Below are positions 9,965 through 20,330 of a stretch of 64,000 bases of DNA, in pieces. Made by a program: the position numbers and the translations under genes. The DNA comes from Candidatus Latescibacterota bacterium (GTDB lineage Bacteria > Latescibacterota > UBA2968 > UBA8231), in assembly GCA_963422735.1 (NCBI GenBank), contig OY730476.1, positions 1,760,001 to 1,824,000 on the forward strand. Direction: 5' to 3'. How positions within the stretch are numbered: the first letter of the stretch is position 1; each line of letters starts with the position of its first letter. Below the pieces are notes generated by a model that was not told the DNA's origin, searched no databases, and saw nothing but the letters and a program-made list of their open reading frames with translations.

Positions 9965-10966
9965 ATGAACTGCATACACGAAACCAACCGTCGGCTGTGG
10001 AATAGTCAGGCCGCTATCTGGAAAGAACGAAGCAATCGAGAAGGTAGGTGGCACCGATGCCATAAAGATCCCGATTTGGCGTTTGAAGGTGGCGCTCTCC
10101 AACTGATTCAGACGGTTTCTAACGGATTAAGCAACAAAAGAGTATGCGTTATCGGCAGCGGCGATAATATAGCAGCGTCCGCCCTTGCAGGCTTGGGCGC
10201 GCAAGTTACATCGACGGACATTTCGGAAGAGCAATTAGCAACGGGGGCACGTAGAGCTGAGCAGCTTGGTCTGTCGATCTCGTTCGTTCGCTCGGATGCC
10301 GCCTGCCAAGAATCGCTGGCCGATTCGAGCTTTGACCTCGTATGCTCAACCAACGGCTTCTTTGTGTGGATCGCCGATCTCGAAGCGGTTTTCTGTGACG
10401 GAATTTCCTAGTGTACGGTTGGGAATTCCGGTTTCATGTAGGCGGTATCACTCGGCTGGCCCGTAGCCCTCGTCCGAGCCCGCGCGGTCCCCCGCGTCAA
10501 TGTTCCGGGGCGGTACCCGTCGCCAAGGGAGCGGATGGAACTAACCACTAACCACTAACCACTGATTAAACAGTCCTTATTCTAGGAAAGTCTGTTCGGT
10601 GAAGTAGCGCGCATTCTAAAACCCGGTGGCTCTTATGTGTATTTCGATGTCCACCCCTTTCAGCGACCTTGGAAGGAGCAGGCGATGCCACTTGCAATGG
10701 AAAAACCATATTGGTCCACAGGGCCGTTTCAGTCGCAAGATCGAGACTCTTATGAATTCAACTGGACTTTGGCTGACCTTTTGAACTCAATGGCTGCGGC
10801 GGGACTCATGTTAGTCAAGATCTTGGAGAGGCCGGCCCGCGACACCCGGTATTGTCAGGGGTCTTCTCATTGCGATGTCGTTGACGACACCTTATTGGAA
10901 TGGGGTGAAAATCCCCGGGCGGGACTCCCCATATGGTTGGCGGTTGCGGCGCGCAAGACAGTTTAG
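9965..10966 (+). pseudogene. Class I SAM methyltransferase interrupted by MITE
   Basis: VCVIGSGD, TDISEEQL, SFDLV; removing MITE plus one TSD restores EAVFGEVARILKPGGSYVYFDVHPF in frame. Confidence 0.9.
10398..10595 (+). mobile_element. MITE copy D (complete, 198 bp)
   Basis: Both TIRs; TSD TCTGTG/TCGGTG (5/6); inserted inside methyltransferase gene. Confidence 0.92.
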
Positions 10967-10999
10967 CGGAGAAGTTGAGGAGGAGAGGACCTTTTCGAG

Positions 11000-11371
11000 A
11001 TGATATTTAGGATTCGAAGATATCAGGTCGTCCCCGGCAAGGCGAAAGCATTCAACGACTTTTTCCTAACGAGACTGTTTCCCGTTCAGAAAAGGTACGG
11101 AGCCCGTCTCGTCGGTCGTTTTCAAACAGACGATGGGCTCCAGATCGTCGCTGTATGGGTTTACCAGAGCTTCGACCACTATAAAGAGGTGCAAAGCTTG
11201 GTCGCCGAGGATGCCGACTCGCTCGCCGCTCAAGAGCATCGACGACAGGTGCTGGATCCGCTCTTCACAGAGACGGACGAGTCCTTTATGATCTCAACGG
11301 TATCAATGGCATTGACTGAACTCTCTCACTTGGAAGCATACGTGCAAGAGAGGACTTCAGCCCAACATTAA
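11000..11371 (+). CDS. NIPSNAP family protein
   Basis: MIFRIRRYQVVPGK...GARLVGRF...VWVYQS pattern, 123 aa. Confidence 0.75.
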   Translation: MIFRIRRYQVVPGKAKAFNDFFLTRLFPVQKRYGARLVGRFQTDDGLQIVAVWVYQSFDHYKEVQSLVAEDADSLAAQEHRRQVLDPLFTETDESFMISTVSMALTELSHLEAYVQERTSAQH

Positions 11372-11378
11372 TGCGATT

Positions 11379-12152
11379 ATGAAACGCGACCACCGCCTCC
11401 GGCTAATTGCCTACCTGACGGTCGTCTTCTGGACGGTCATTTTCCTGCAGGCACCCATTCCGCAAGACCCTGCCTATCACCAGTTCGCCGATCAGCGCAC
11501 CCTGTTGGGTATCCCCCATTGCCTGAACGTGATTTCCAATCTGCCGTTTCTGTTGGTGGGATTTTGGGGATTCAGCGTCGTGTTCCGTCTCGCCGCGGCT
11601 CCTGTGCAGCAGGCGTTCGTGCGCCCGGCCGATTCGCTGGCGTATCAGATCCTCTTCCTCGCGGTGGCACTGGTCGGCCTCGGCTCCACCCACTACCACC
11701 TAGCCCCCAGCAACGAAACGCTCCTGTGGGATCGCCTGCCGATGGGCATTGCCTTTATGGCGTTTCTCGCTACTGCTATCACCGAGCGACTAGACCGGCG
11801 CACTGGCATCATCACCTTGCTACCGCTAATTGCCTTCGGCCTTTTCAGCGTGTTGTACTGGCACTATACCGAGCGGGCGGGAGCCGGCGATCTTCGTTAT
11901 TACATCGTCGCCCAAGCCTATCCGATTCTGTTCGTGCCCCTCATGGTTCGCCTGCTGCCGTCGCCGTACACGCGCGGGTCCGATCTCTACGTCGCCGGCC
12001 TGTTTTACCTGCTCGCGAAAGCCGCCGAAGTGTTTGACCAAGCCCTTTACGCGGCCGGAGGACTGATCAGCGGTCATACTTGCAAGCACCTACTCGGTGC
12101 CTTGGGAGCCTATTGGGTGCTGCGGATGCTCCGGCTGCGGCGGCTGCGCTGA
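11379..12152 (+). CDS. Ceramidase-like (alkaline phytoceramidase family) membrane protein
   Basis: PQDPAYHQFADQR, NVISNLPF, GSTHYH, WDRLPM, GDLR.Y, ISGHTCKHL. Confidence 0.85.
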   Translation: MKRDHRLRLIAYLTVVFWTVIFLQAPIPQDPAYHQFADQRTLLGIPHCLNVISNLPFLLVGFWGFSVVFRLAAAPVQQAFVRPADSLAYQILFLAVALVGLGSTHYHLAPSNETLLWDRLPMGIAFMAFLATAITERLDRRTGIITLLPLIAFGLFSVLYWHYTERAGAGDLRYYIVAQAYPILFVPLMVRLLPSPYTRGSDLYVAGLFYLLAKAAEVFDQALYAAGGLISGHTCKHLLGALGAYWVLRMLRLRRLR

Positions 12153-12175
12153 TTGGTTAGTTTGTCAAGGATACC

Positions 12176-13267
12176 ATGGATACTATCCGTCCCATCCGCG
12201 AGTCGGAACTCGACGAACTCATCGACCTGCTCTGCGCCGTGCATAACCCCCAAGGCCACGAGCGCTACCGAGGCTATATCGAGGGCGATCCGACTTGGTG
12301 CCCGTCGCAGACGCCGGTCATCGTCGTCGGAAGCCGCATCGTATCGACCCTGCGCATCTGGGACCGCCGGCTCCACCTCGGCTCCACGCCCGTCCGCATG
12401 GGCGGCATCGGCGGCGTCACCACCCATCCCGACTATCGGGGCCGCGGCCTAGCGACGCAGCTCATGGCGCAGACGGCTGAGTACCTGCGCGGCGATGGCT
12501 ACGACTTGGGTTTGCTGTTCACGGAGATTCCGGCGCACTTCTACCGGCGCCTTGGCTGGTGCTGTGTGCCGCTCATGGGATTTCGCGCCGAGCTGTACTG
12601 CCCTCCGCAGCCGGGGCGGTCCGCACTTGAGGTGCTGCCCTTCGACGAGAGCCGCGACTTGGAGGAGGCGGTAGCACTCTATCAGCGCTACAACGCCGGT
12701 CGCAGCGGCAGCCTGTTGCGTCTGCGTCCGTACTGGGACTACGCCCCCTCCCGTGTGCGGGGTGTGCTGCCCACCGCCATCGTCCGTGGTTCGGCGGGGC
12801 TCAACGGGTACATCAACTGGGTGAGAGACGACAACGGTGCCCGAGTGCGCGAAGTCGCCTACGAGAGCGGCCCGGCCCTCAATGCCCTCGTGCAGCATCT
12901 GCTTGACGAGTGCGCGGCGACCGGGGTGAGGCAAGTCCACGGCGAGATTCCCCACAGCCACCCCTTTGTCGATACTCTGGTCGCTACCGCTGACGCCGAT
13001 CTGTGGCTCGCGGGAAACAGCTCGATGATGGCCCTGCCCCTCAACCCCGGCTCGCTGATCGCCAAGGCCGTGCCCGAAGCGACAGAGGCTATCCGCAGGC
13101 TGCCGGCCGATCTGATGTGCCGACTCCTGTTCGGCGAGAGTTCCGGCCGCGACATAGAGCCCATCCTCCGCGCCCGCGGGATCTCGCTGGAGACCGGGGA
13201 AGCACGCCGACTTGAAGAGTGGTTTCCCCGCCGCGAGGTCATCTCTTGGATCCCCGACCACTTCTGA
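12176..13267 (+). CDS. GNAT N-acetyltransferase (Eis-like)
   Basis: GGIGGVTTHPDYRGRGLA, FYRRLGW. Confidence 0.88.
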   Translation: MDTIRPIRESELDELIDLLCAVHNPQGHERYRGYIEGDPTWCPSQTPVIVVGSRIVSTLRIWDRRLHLGSTPVRMGGIGGVTTHPDYRGRGLATQLMAQTAEYLRGDGYDLGLLFTEIPAHFYRRLGWCCVPLMGFRAELYCPPQPGRSALEVLPFDESRDLEEAVALYQRYNAGRSGSLLRLRPYWDYAPSRVRGVLPTAIVRGSAGLNGYINWVRDDNGARVREVAYESGPALNALVQHLLDECAATGVRQVHGEIPHSHPFVDTLVATADADLWLAGNSSMMALPLNPGSLIAKAVPEATEAIRRLPADLMCRLLFGESSGRDIEPILRARGISLETGEARRLEEWFPRREVISWIPDHF

Positions 13268-13740
13268 CGCCTGTGCGCCCGTCCAACTCCCCTCAGCAGG
13301 CCCTGCTTCCGGTCATCCGCCGCGAGCGACCCCGCCTGCTGAAGCCCCTCGACGATCCTCACTTCCGCTTCGAGCCGCCGGATGACCCCGTGCGACGGCG
13401 CATCCTCGCCAACCTCCTAGAAGGATTATCGGGGCACATGTCGGCCGCGAACCCCATGTAGCACCCCTCGGCCCCGCAGGTATTCGTCCAGCACATCGGC
13501 ATAGAATATGAGAGGCTCGTCCCCAACCGGGGACGCGATCTGTCGGGGCAACGGGCCGCATCAGGGATCTATTTTATCAATCTCCATGCCGGCGATCAGC
13601 TACACCAAGAAAAACTAACTTTGGTGCATTGAACCAGCAGCGCATGGCTTCAAGGGCGTGATCGAGAAGACGCCAAATCCCCTACATCTTCTTCACCGTC
13701 TATCGTGAGTAGGCCCGCCTTCGCAGCTAGTGAGCGCAGC

Positions 13741-16050
13741 CTAGATTTCCTCCGGCGGCACCAAGTGCTGAGTCGTCTCCGCTCGGTCGCATATTTCCTG
13801 CCAATCCCACAACTGAGGTATAAATTCCACGTCGGCCCAAAGCTGGGCTTGGTCGGCGTAGTGTGGGCTAGCCGGGTGGCCAGAGGCCCCCAGAGGCGCG
13901 ATCCAACACGAGCGGGTCCAGTCGGCGGGATCGAAGACATAGCGGTTGACCGAAAGACCCGTAACTGTGAAGTCGTCGAAGGCATAGCTGCCGGCTAGGG
14001 GCGTGTCGCCGTCGCCGTGAACGGAAAGCGACGGGGGGTCGAGGAAGGAAGCGGCCTCGGGGAAAACCGCGGAGAGCGGGTGCTGGGGCTGGGTGCGATG
14101 CAAGCGTCCCCAACGCCATTGGCGCATGTCGTCGCCGAGGGCTTCTTTGAGGACGGCGAGAGCACCGGTCAGGGCCTCGGTCAGGACTTGGGACCAAGTT
14201 TGGCCGGACGGCAGCAGTTTAGTATCGCCGCACTCGATAGCGAGGGTTGCTTCGAGGTTGATAAGACGCCAGTGGGCGTCGCCGCCATCCTCTGCGAGCA
14301 GGCCCAGGGCATCGCCGCCGAACAGGTGTTGAGCGAGGTAGTAGCCAAGCAGGGCGCGGGTTTGGGCATAGATCGTCGGCTGGGCTTGGTCGCGGTCCAT
14401 CCGGCCGTCCCACTCGCGCAGCAGGTCGAGGGCTTGACTGCAGTCGGCGTCGGGCGGTTCGATGGCGAGCAAGGCCCGCGTAAAGACCTCGGCCGGGAGC
14501 GAGACACGTTCGGCGTGGATGCGGCCCATAGCCTCGGGGGTGGCCGTGCCCTTTGGTAGTTGGAGAATGCGGGTCTGGATGCGGCGGGCGCGGTAGTCGG
14601 GGCTAAAGATAAGCCCGACGTAGTAGGGATAATCCGAGCCGGTCACGCGCTGGTTGCAGGTGATGGCATAGCCTGTTGCGGGGTCTATGGCTTTGGGCAG
14701 CTCGGCGTGGGGGATGTAGCCTTGCCACTCGTGCTCGCCGGTCCAGCCGGGGACGGCGCACCAGCCGTTTGCGGCCTCCCGCACGGGGATCCGACCCGCG
14801 TGGAGATAGCCGAAGCAGCCGTGGATGTCGGCGACAGCGTAGTTGTTGACGCGGTCGGTCCAGCGGGCAAAGGCTTGGTGCAAGCCCTCGACTGAGCGGG
14901 CGCGCATGGCATCGCGGGCGGCATCGACCCAAGGGGTACCTTCGGCGAGGCCGGGATCGCTGATGGCAATGGCTTGGCCCTTGCGCGGATCGCCGGCGAT
15001 GATAGGTCCGTGGTGGGTAATGACGACTTCAGAGGTGACGGGTGCCGCGCCGCGGATGTGGATTTTTTCCCGCAGGATCTCCGCTGGCCGCCACGCGCCG
15101 TTGAACTTGTACTCCAAGCCGTCGGCCGTTTCGCGGAAGCGCTCGACGAACATATCTTGAGTATCGGCACTACCGTAAGTCATGCCCCAAGCTACGTACT
15201 CATTGTGGCAAAAGTGCAGGGTGCCGGGGACGCCGGGCACTGAATAGCCGATGACGGCGAAGTCGGGGCAGGCGAGGTGGATTTGGTAATAGACGGAAGG
15301 GGTGTCGAGGGCGCGGTGTGAGTCTCCGGCCACCAGCGGCAAGCCCGAATCGGTGTACGCACCCGCGATGGACCACGCATTGGAGCCGGGGTCGGTTTCG
15401 CGGCGGCTGAGGGCAGCGAGGCCGTCGAGGGGCTCTCCCTGGTACTCGGTGCCGGGAGGCACGGTGAGTAGGTGGCCTTGGGGATAGCCTTTGATTAGCT
15501 GAGCGAGGTTTTCAGGGCCTACGACTTGGGCGAGACGGGTGCGCCAGAGCTTGGATTCAAAGGTGCCGAGCAGGCTGTTGCGCATCTTGTACACGGCGAG
15601 GCAGTGCCAGCTTTCCCACCGCTCGGGGCACTGGTCGAGGAGTTGGTATTCGACGGGTAGGGCCGTTGTCATCGCCAAAAAGGCGTTGACGCCAGCGGCG
15701 TACGCGTCGAGCATAGCACGGGCTTGGGGGCTGGACGCTTCGTAGTCCAACTTGGCGGTGCGGCCCATGCCAGCGGCGCGCAAGAGGCGATCGCGGGCCA
15801 GCCCTGCGGGACCGGCCCATTCGGACCAGCGGCCTAGGGCTTGATGGCGGTCGAAGTCCATCTGCCACAGTCGGTCTTGGGCCGTGGCGAAGCCTTGGGC
15901 GAAGAACATGTCGGCTTCGCTTGCGGCCTGGATATGGGGGATTCCCCACGGGTCGCGGTGGATGGGGACAGTTTTTTTAAGGCCCTCGCAACAGTAGGTG
16001 CTTTCGAGGTCGGGGAGGGCGGCTTGGAGGTCTTTGGCACTGATGGGCAT
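13741..16050 (-). CDS. Penicillin acylase family Ntn hydrolase
   Basis: RDPWGIPHI, AQDRLWQMD, GSNAW autoproteolysis site, DSH, SPHYADQ. Confidence 0.92.
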   Translation of the reverse strand: MPISAKDLQAALPDLESTYCCEGLKKTVPIHRDPWGIPHIQAASEADMFFAQGFATAQDRLWQMDFDRHQALGRWSEWAGPAGLARDRLLRAAGMGRTAKLDYEASSPQARAMLDAYAAGVNAFLAMTTALPVEYQLLDQCPERWESWHCLAVYKMRNSLLGTFESKLWRTRLAQVVGPENLAQLIKGYPQGHLLTVPPGTEYQGEPLDGLAALSRRETDPGSNAWSIAGAYTDSGLPLVAGDSHRALDTPSVYYQIHLACPDFAVIGYSVPGVPGTLHFCHNEYVAWGMTYGSADTQDMFVERFRETADGLEYKFNGAWRPAEILREKIHIRGAAPVTSEVVITHHGPIIAGDPRKGQAIAISDPGLAEGTPWVDAARDAMRARSVEGLHQAFARWTDRVNNYAVADIHGCFGYLHAGRIPVREAANGWCAVPGWTGEHEWQGYIPHAELPKAIDPATGYAITCNQRVTGSDYPYYVGLIFSPDYRARRIQTRILQLPKGTATPEAMGRIHAERVSLPAEVFTRALLAIEPPDADCSQALDLLREWDGRMDRDQAQPTIYAQTRALLGYYLAQHLFGGDALGLLAEDGGDAHWRLINLEATLAIECGDTKLLPSGQTWSQVLTEALTGALAVLKEALGDDMRQWRWGRLHRTQPQHPLSAVFPEAASFLDPPSLSVHGDGDTPLAGSYAFDDFTVTGLSVNRYVFDPADWTRSCWIAPLGASGHPASPHYADQAQLWADVEFIPQLWDWQEICDRAETTQHLVPPEEI

Positions 16051-16171
16051 TGCGTTCCTCTTGCGTTGTTAGGTTCAGGATATTCTGCAAGGCCAATGCG
16101 TTTGCCGCAACATGCCCATTGAACTGCTCTTTAGTTCAGCACAGTTCACTTTATAGTTCGGAGTTTGTGGC

Positions 16172-16418
16172 ATGAAATCAATTACCATTCGCGGAATGGA
16201 CGATGAAATGGACCGGCAAATCAGGGAGAAAGCCGCAGCCCAAGGCAAGAGTTTGAACGAGACCATGTAAAGGGTTGCTCGAACAGGCAGTGGGAGGGCG
16301 GCACTCGCGGCGAGAAGAATTTGCCGATCTATTTGGCTGTTGGTCGGCAGCGGATCTAGCCGAGTTTGAACAGGTGACAAAAGACCTCCGCCAGATTGAC
16401 CCCAGCGACTGGAAATGA
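16172..16418 (+). pseudogene. FitA-like ribbon-helix-helix antitoxin, frameshifted
   Basis: MKSITIRGMDDEM...GKSLNET then +1 shift (ACCATGTAAA, ~16265) to KGLLEQA...LFGCWS...IDPSDWK*, ATGA overlap with vapC. Confidence 0.8.
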
Positions 16419-16807
16419 ATCGCATACTTTTCGACACCAACGCCTGTACTGCTTTTCTAACCGGCAATGAGCGCGTACTGAATGCGCTGACCGAGGCGGA
16501 AACAGCGTTTTTCTCCGCCATTGTCATCGGGGAATTATACACTGGCTTTTGCGGCGGCAATCGGCTCAGGGAAAACAAGGCTCTGCTAGCGCGTTTTTTG
16601 CAAAAGTCCAATGTGCGCGTCCTCGACGTCACCGCCGAAACCGGGGAAATCTTCGGCCAAATCAAAAACGAGCTACAAAAAGCTGGAACGCCGATACCGC
16701 TAAACAATATATGGCTAGCGGCACAGGCTATGGAAACCGGCTCGGTTATCGTCTCCTTCGACGCGCATTTCGACCAAGTCAGCGGACTTAGGCGCTGGAT
16801 ATGGTAG
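16415..16807 (+). CDS. VapC-like PIN-domain toxin (probably inactive)
   Basis: FDTNA, IVIGEL, GTPIPLNNIWLAA, SFDAHF; usual ND motif is NN. Confidence 0.88.
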   Translation: MNRILFDTNACTAFLTGNERVLNALTEAETAFFSAIVIGELYTGFCGGNRLRENKALLARFLQKSNVRVLDVTAETGEIFGQIKNELQKAGTPIPLNNIWLAAQAMETGSVIVSFDAHFDQVSGLRRWIW

Positions 16808-17951
16808 GCCGATCGTGGATCGGGCCGGGGTGGTTGCGAAGCGAACCACCTTTGCGGCCGGTGAGCGCGGCTTGGATCTCGCCGAGAATGGACAGGGCAA
16901 TTTCCTCGGCCGTTTCAGCGCCGATGTCGAGGCCGACGGGGCTGAAGAGGCGTGCGGCCTGCTCATCGCTTGGCGCAATGCCTTCTTTTTGTAAATCGGC
17001 GAGCAGACGCTGAGTGCGCTGGTGCGGGCCGAGGACGCCCAAGTAGGCGAGGGGAACGTCGAGCAAATCCCGCAACAGAGCTTGATCCTGCAGGTAGTTG
17101 TGGCTCATGATGACGGCGCACGAGCGATTGTCGAACTGAAGCCCCTCGGGCAGATGACCGGGCTGGGCGAGGAGAACTTGCCTAGCCCAAGGGAAGCGCT
17201 CGGCGCGGGCATAGGCGAGCCGGTGGTCGGCGACGGTGACGCGCCAGCCGAGTTCGCCAGCTAGCCGGGCGAGGGGCACGGCGTCGTAGCCAGCGCCGAA
17301 GAGATAGAAAGCGATGGGTGGCAGCAGAGGCTCTATGAGAAGGGCCGCCTTGCCTTGCGTCAACTCGTAGTGGCGAGTGCAGCCCGGGGCGATGGGGAGT
17401 CGGGTGTCGTCGAGGGTAGCGAGGATTCCGGCGGCGTTGAGCGCAATCTCGCGCAGCTCCAAGTCGGCGATGTCGTCGCGGGTGTTTTCCCGCTCGTCGA
17501 GGATTAGATGTTGGCCCGGCGCGGCATTGGTTTCCCCCTCGGTGGCAAAGACTGTGACGAGAACGCCGTGCCGATTCTCCAAGGCGCAGCCGTGCAAGAA
17601 GGTTGGATAGTGGAAGGGGCTGTCTTGGGGCAGGCGCTCTAAGAGCACATCCACCGTGCCGCTACAGCCTAAGCCGGTGCCCCAGAGGATGTCGTCTTCG
17701 GAGGTAGCGTCGTAGTGGAGGAGACGGGGCTGGCCATCGGCGAAGACGGCTTGCGCATTTTCGCGTACATCGCCTTCGAGACAGCCTCCGCTGATGGTGC
17801 CCAAGCTCTGGAGGTCTGCTTCGATGAGCATGCGGGTGCCCGGGCCGCGATAGACCGAGCCGGAGGTCTGGACCACAGTGGCTAGCACATAGGGTACACC
17901 CGCCTCGTCAAGCTCCTGGGCGCGGCGGAGGATCGTTTGCAAGTCTTTCAC
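16788..17951 (-). CDS. XdhC/CoxI family molybdoenzyme maturation factor
   Basis: GSVYRGPG, GTISGGCLE, GLGCSG, FGAGYD, PVGLDIGAETAEEIALSI. Confidence 0.92.
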   Translation of the reverse strand: MKDLQTILRRAQELDEAGVPYVLATVVQTSGSVYRGPGTRMLIEADLQSLGTISGGCLEGDVRENAQAVFADGQPRLLHYDATSEDDILWGTGLGCSGTVDVLLERLPQDSPFHYPTFLHGCALENRHGVLVTVFATEGETNAAPGQHLILDERENTRDDIADLELREIALNAAGILATLDDTRLPIAPGCTRHYELTQGKAALLIEPLLPPIAFYLFGAGYDAVPLARLAGELGWRVTVADHRLAYARAERFPWARQVLLAQPGHLPEGLQFDNRSCAVIMSHNYLQDQALLRDLLDVPLAYLGVLGPHQRTQRLLADLQKEGIAPSDEQAARLFSPVGLDIGAETAEEIALSILGEIQAALTGRKGGSLRNHPGPIHDRPTISSA

Positions 17952-19222
17952 GGCTGGACTCCAAAGCGCCGGTACCAGTCGGATCTAGTCGGCGCAGCGG
18001 GCTGGGCTTTCGTCGGCGCGGGCGGCGCAGGGCGGCGCAGGTCCCGCGCGGCCGTCGCGCCGCGCAGCGTCATCAGATATCCGACAAGGGCCTTGAGGCT
18101 CTCGATATTGTGGGCCGGAGCAAAGAGGTCAATGTACGGCAAGGCGGCCTGCATACCGCGCGTGGCAGGCCGGTAGTCCGGGCTGCCCAACAGAGGGTTG
18201 AGCCAGATTAGGCAGCGGCTGCGGCGCTGCAACGTGTGCATACTTTCTTCGAGGATCTCAATATCGCCGGTGTCCCAGCCGTCGCTGACGATCAGCAGCG
18301 CGGTCTGATGATCGACGAGGGCGGCGTGTTCGCTGAGGAAGGTCGCCAGCGAGGTGCCGATGCGCGTACCGCCCGACCAGTCCGGCACCTGCGCGACAAT
18401 CGCGTCTAACCCCGCGCTCAGGTCGTTGTCTCTCAGCAGGGGCGCGATGTGGTGTAACGAGGTCGCAAACGCAAACGTCTCGATGCGGCGATAGGCGTTT
18501 TGGAAGGCGCACATGAACTGGATCAAGAAGCGGCTGTACAGGTCCATGGACTTACTGACATCGCACAACAAGACCAGCTTGGGCTTCTGGCGAGTGCGGC
18601 GGCAATAAGACAGGTCCAGCAGCTCGCCGCCTCGACGCAGGTTGGCGCGGAGGGTGCGGCGCAAGTCGAGGCGGCCCGGCGGGCCGGCGGGCCGATAGCG
18701 ACGGCTGAAGCGCGTAGCGAGCGCACGGGCGATGGCTTGCAGCAACCGCCCGATCTCCTCTAGCTCTTCGGCGTTAAAGTCCTTAAAGTCGCGCTTTGTA
18801 TGTACCTCGATGGAGCTGTACCCGGCGGCTTCGCGCTCTTCTTCGGTCGGCTCGCCTTGTTTGAGCCAATCGCGAACGCTCGTCAAGCCACTCTTGACGG
18901 GACGGTTGGCACTGGTCTTTGCGGAGGCAGGAGACTCGGGCCGGGGCCGACCCAACTCGCTAGCGCGATCCCATATCGACCAATAGGTATCGAAGAGCGC
19001 GTCGAAAAGCTTCTGCTCGGCGGGCGTCTTGGCCAAAATCGTCCGCAGGCTTAGCCGAAAGTCCTCCGGGTCTGACAGGTCAATGGCCGCGAGGGCGCGG
19101 AGCGCGTCTTGCTCCTCGCCTAAGGCCGGGCCGGAATACTGGATGCGCAACAGGCGACAGAAGCCGACCAAATTCGCGCTCAACGCGCCGTGCAGGGCGA
19201 TGTCGTCGATTTTGTGATTCAT
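17948..19222 (-). CDS. CoxE-like VWA domain protein
   Basis: LDLRRTLR, LCDVSKSM, WSGGTRIG, IVSDGWD, WLNPL; start set at MNHKID. Confidence 0.9.
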   Translation of the reverse strand: MNHKIDDIALHGALSANLVGFCRLLRIQYSGPALGEEQDALRALAAIDLSDPEDFRLSLRTILAKTPAEQKLFDALFDTYWSIWDRASELGRPRPESPASAKTSANRPVKSGLTSVRDWLKQGEPTEEEREAAGYSSIEVHTKRDFKDFNAEELEEIGRLLQAIARALATRFSRRYRPAGPPGRLDLRRTLRANLRRGGELLDLSYCRRTRQKPKLVLLCDVSKSMDLYSRFLIQFMCAFQNAYRRIETFAFATSLHHIAPLLRDNDLSAGLDAIVAQVPDWSGGTRIGTSLATFLSEHAALVDHQTALLIVSDGWDTGDIEILEESMHTLQRRSRCLIWLNPLLGSPDYRPATRGMQAALPYIDLFAPAHNIESLKALVGYLMTLRGATAARDLRRPAPPAPTKAQPAAPTRSDWYRRFGVQP

Positions 19223-20115
19223 CGTTGTGGAGCCAGCTTGGCGCGGACCCCCAATCCTTCCAAGAACTCGGCCAGCGATTGTTTCACCTGCGCCACGTCG
19301 CGTTGGTCTTTGAACACAATGCCCAAGGTATCCGCCACTACTTCGAGGTCGAGGTGGTGCTGGTGCAGGGCGACGAGGGCCTTGGCCCAGTCGAGGGTTT
19401 CGGCGACCCCGGGGATCTTTTCGAGGCGCTGCATGCGAATCTTTTCCATGAAGCGACAGATCTGCTCGGCGAGTTGGATGTCGATCCCAGCGACCTTGCC
19501 GCGCACGATCTCCACTTCCTTGGCAAATTCCGGGTAGTCGATCCACAGATAAAAGCAGCGACGGCGCACGGCGTCGGAAAGCTCGCGGGTGCGATTGCTG
19601 GTCAGGATTACGTGCGGTCGCGCGGCAGCGCGGATGGTGCCGATTTCGGGGATGGTAATCTGCCAGTCGGACAGCACTTCGAGGAGGAAGCTCTCAAACT
19701 CCTCGTCGGCTCGGTCGAGTTCGTCGATCAGCAGCACCGGCGGGACGGACTGGGTGATAGCTTGGAGCAAAGGGCGCTTGAGCAGGAAGTCCTCGGAGAA
19801 GAGGTCAACCTCGCGCTCGGCTAGGGGGCGTTGGCTCTTCTCGTCGAGCTTGATGTGCAAGAGCTGGCGCTGGTAGTTCCACTCGTACAGGGCAGCGTGG
19901 GCGTCTAGCCCTTCGTAGCACTGCAAGCGGATCAACTCGGTGTCGAAGGCACGGGCTACGACCTTGGCGACCTCGGTTTTGCCGACGCCAGCCGGCCCCT
20001 CGATGAGCAAGGGACGTTCTAGGGTCTGAGCGAGGTACACGGACATAACAACTTGGCGATCGGCGACATACCCGTGCTCGGCGAGCATCTCTTGGATCGC
20101 AGCAGTGGCACTCAT
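19219..20115 (-). CDS. CoxD-like MoxR AAA+ ATPase
   Basis: EGPAGVGKT Walker A, RLQCYEGLD, LLIDELD Walker B, PGVAETLDW. Confidence 0.92.
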   Translation of the reverse strand: MSATAAIQEMLAEHGYVADRQVVMSVYLAQTLERPLLIEGPAGVGKTEVAKVVARAFDTELIRLQCYEGLDAHAALYEWNYQRQLLHIKLDEKSQRPLAEREVDLFSEDFLLKRPLLQAITQSVPPVLLIDELDRADEEFESFLLEVLSDWQITIPEIGTIRAAARPHVILTSNRTRELSDAVRRRCFYLWIDYPEFAKEVEIVRGKVAGIDIQLAEQICRFMEKIRMQRLEKIPGVAETLDWAKALVALHQHHLDLEVVADTLGIVFKDQRDVAQVKQSLAEFLEGLGVRAKLAPQR

Positions 20116-20330
20116 TAAACCCCTCTCGTTGCGCAGTGTAACGTCCTATTCGCCGCCCACAAAGCTGCTCTTGCCGACTGCATGGTCGGAGGCGCGGGCG
20201 GTGCAAGTTTTCTAATATCACGCGTCGACTTCCGCATAGCAAGAACGCGCCGACTTCGCCCAACATTGCCCACTGCTAGGGATTCTCTATATTTCCAAGT
20301 CTCTTTAACGCCGTCTGTGGATACCTTTGT

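Noticed and set aside
13270-13735. Possible gene fragments between GNAT and penicillin acylase
   Set aside because: No family recognisable in any frame
20116-20330. Moco RNA motif upstream of moaA
   Set aside because: No recognisable consensus elements
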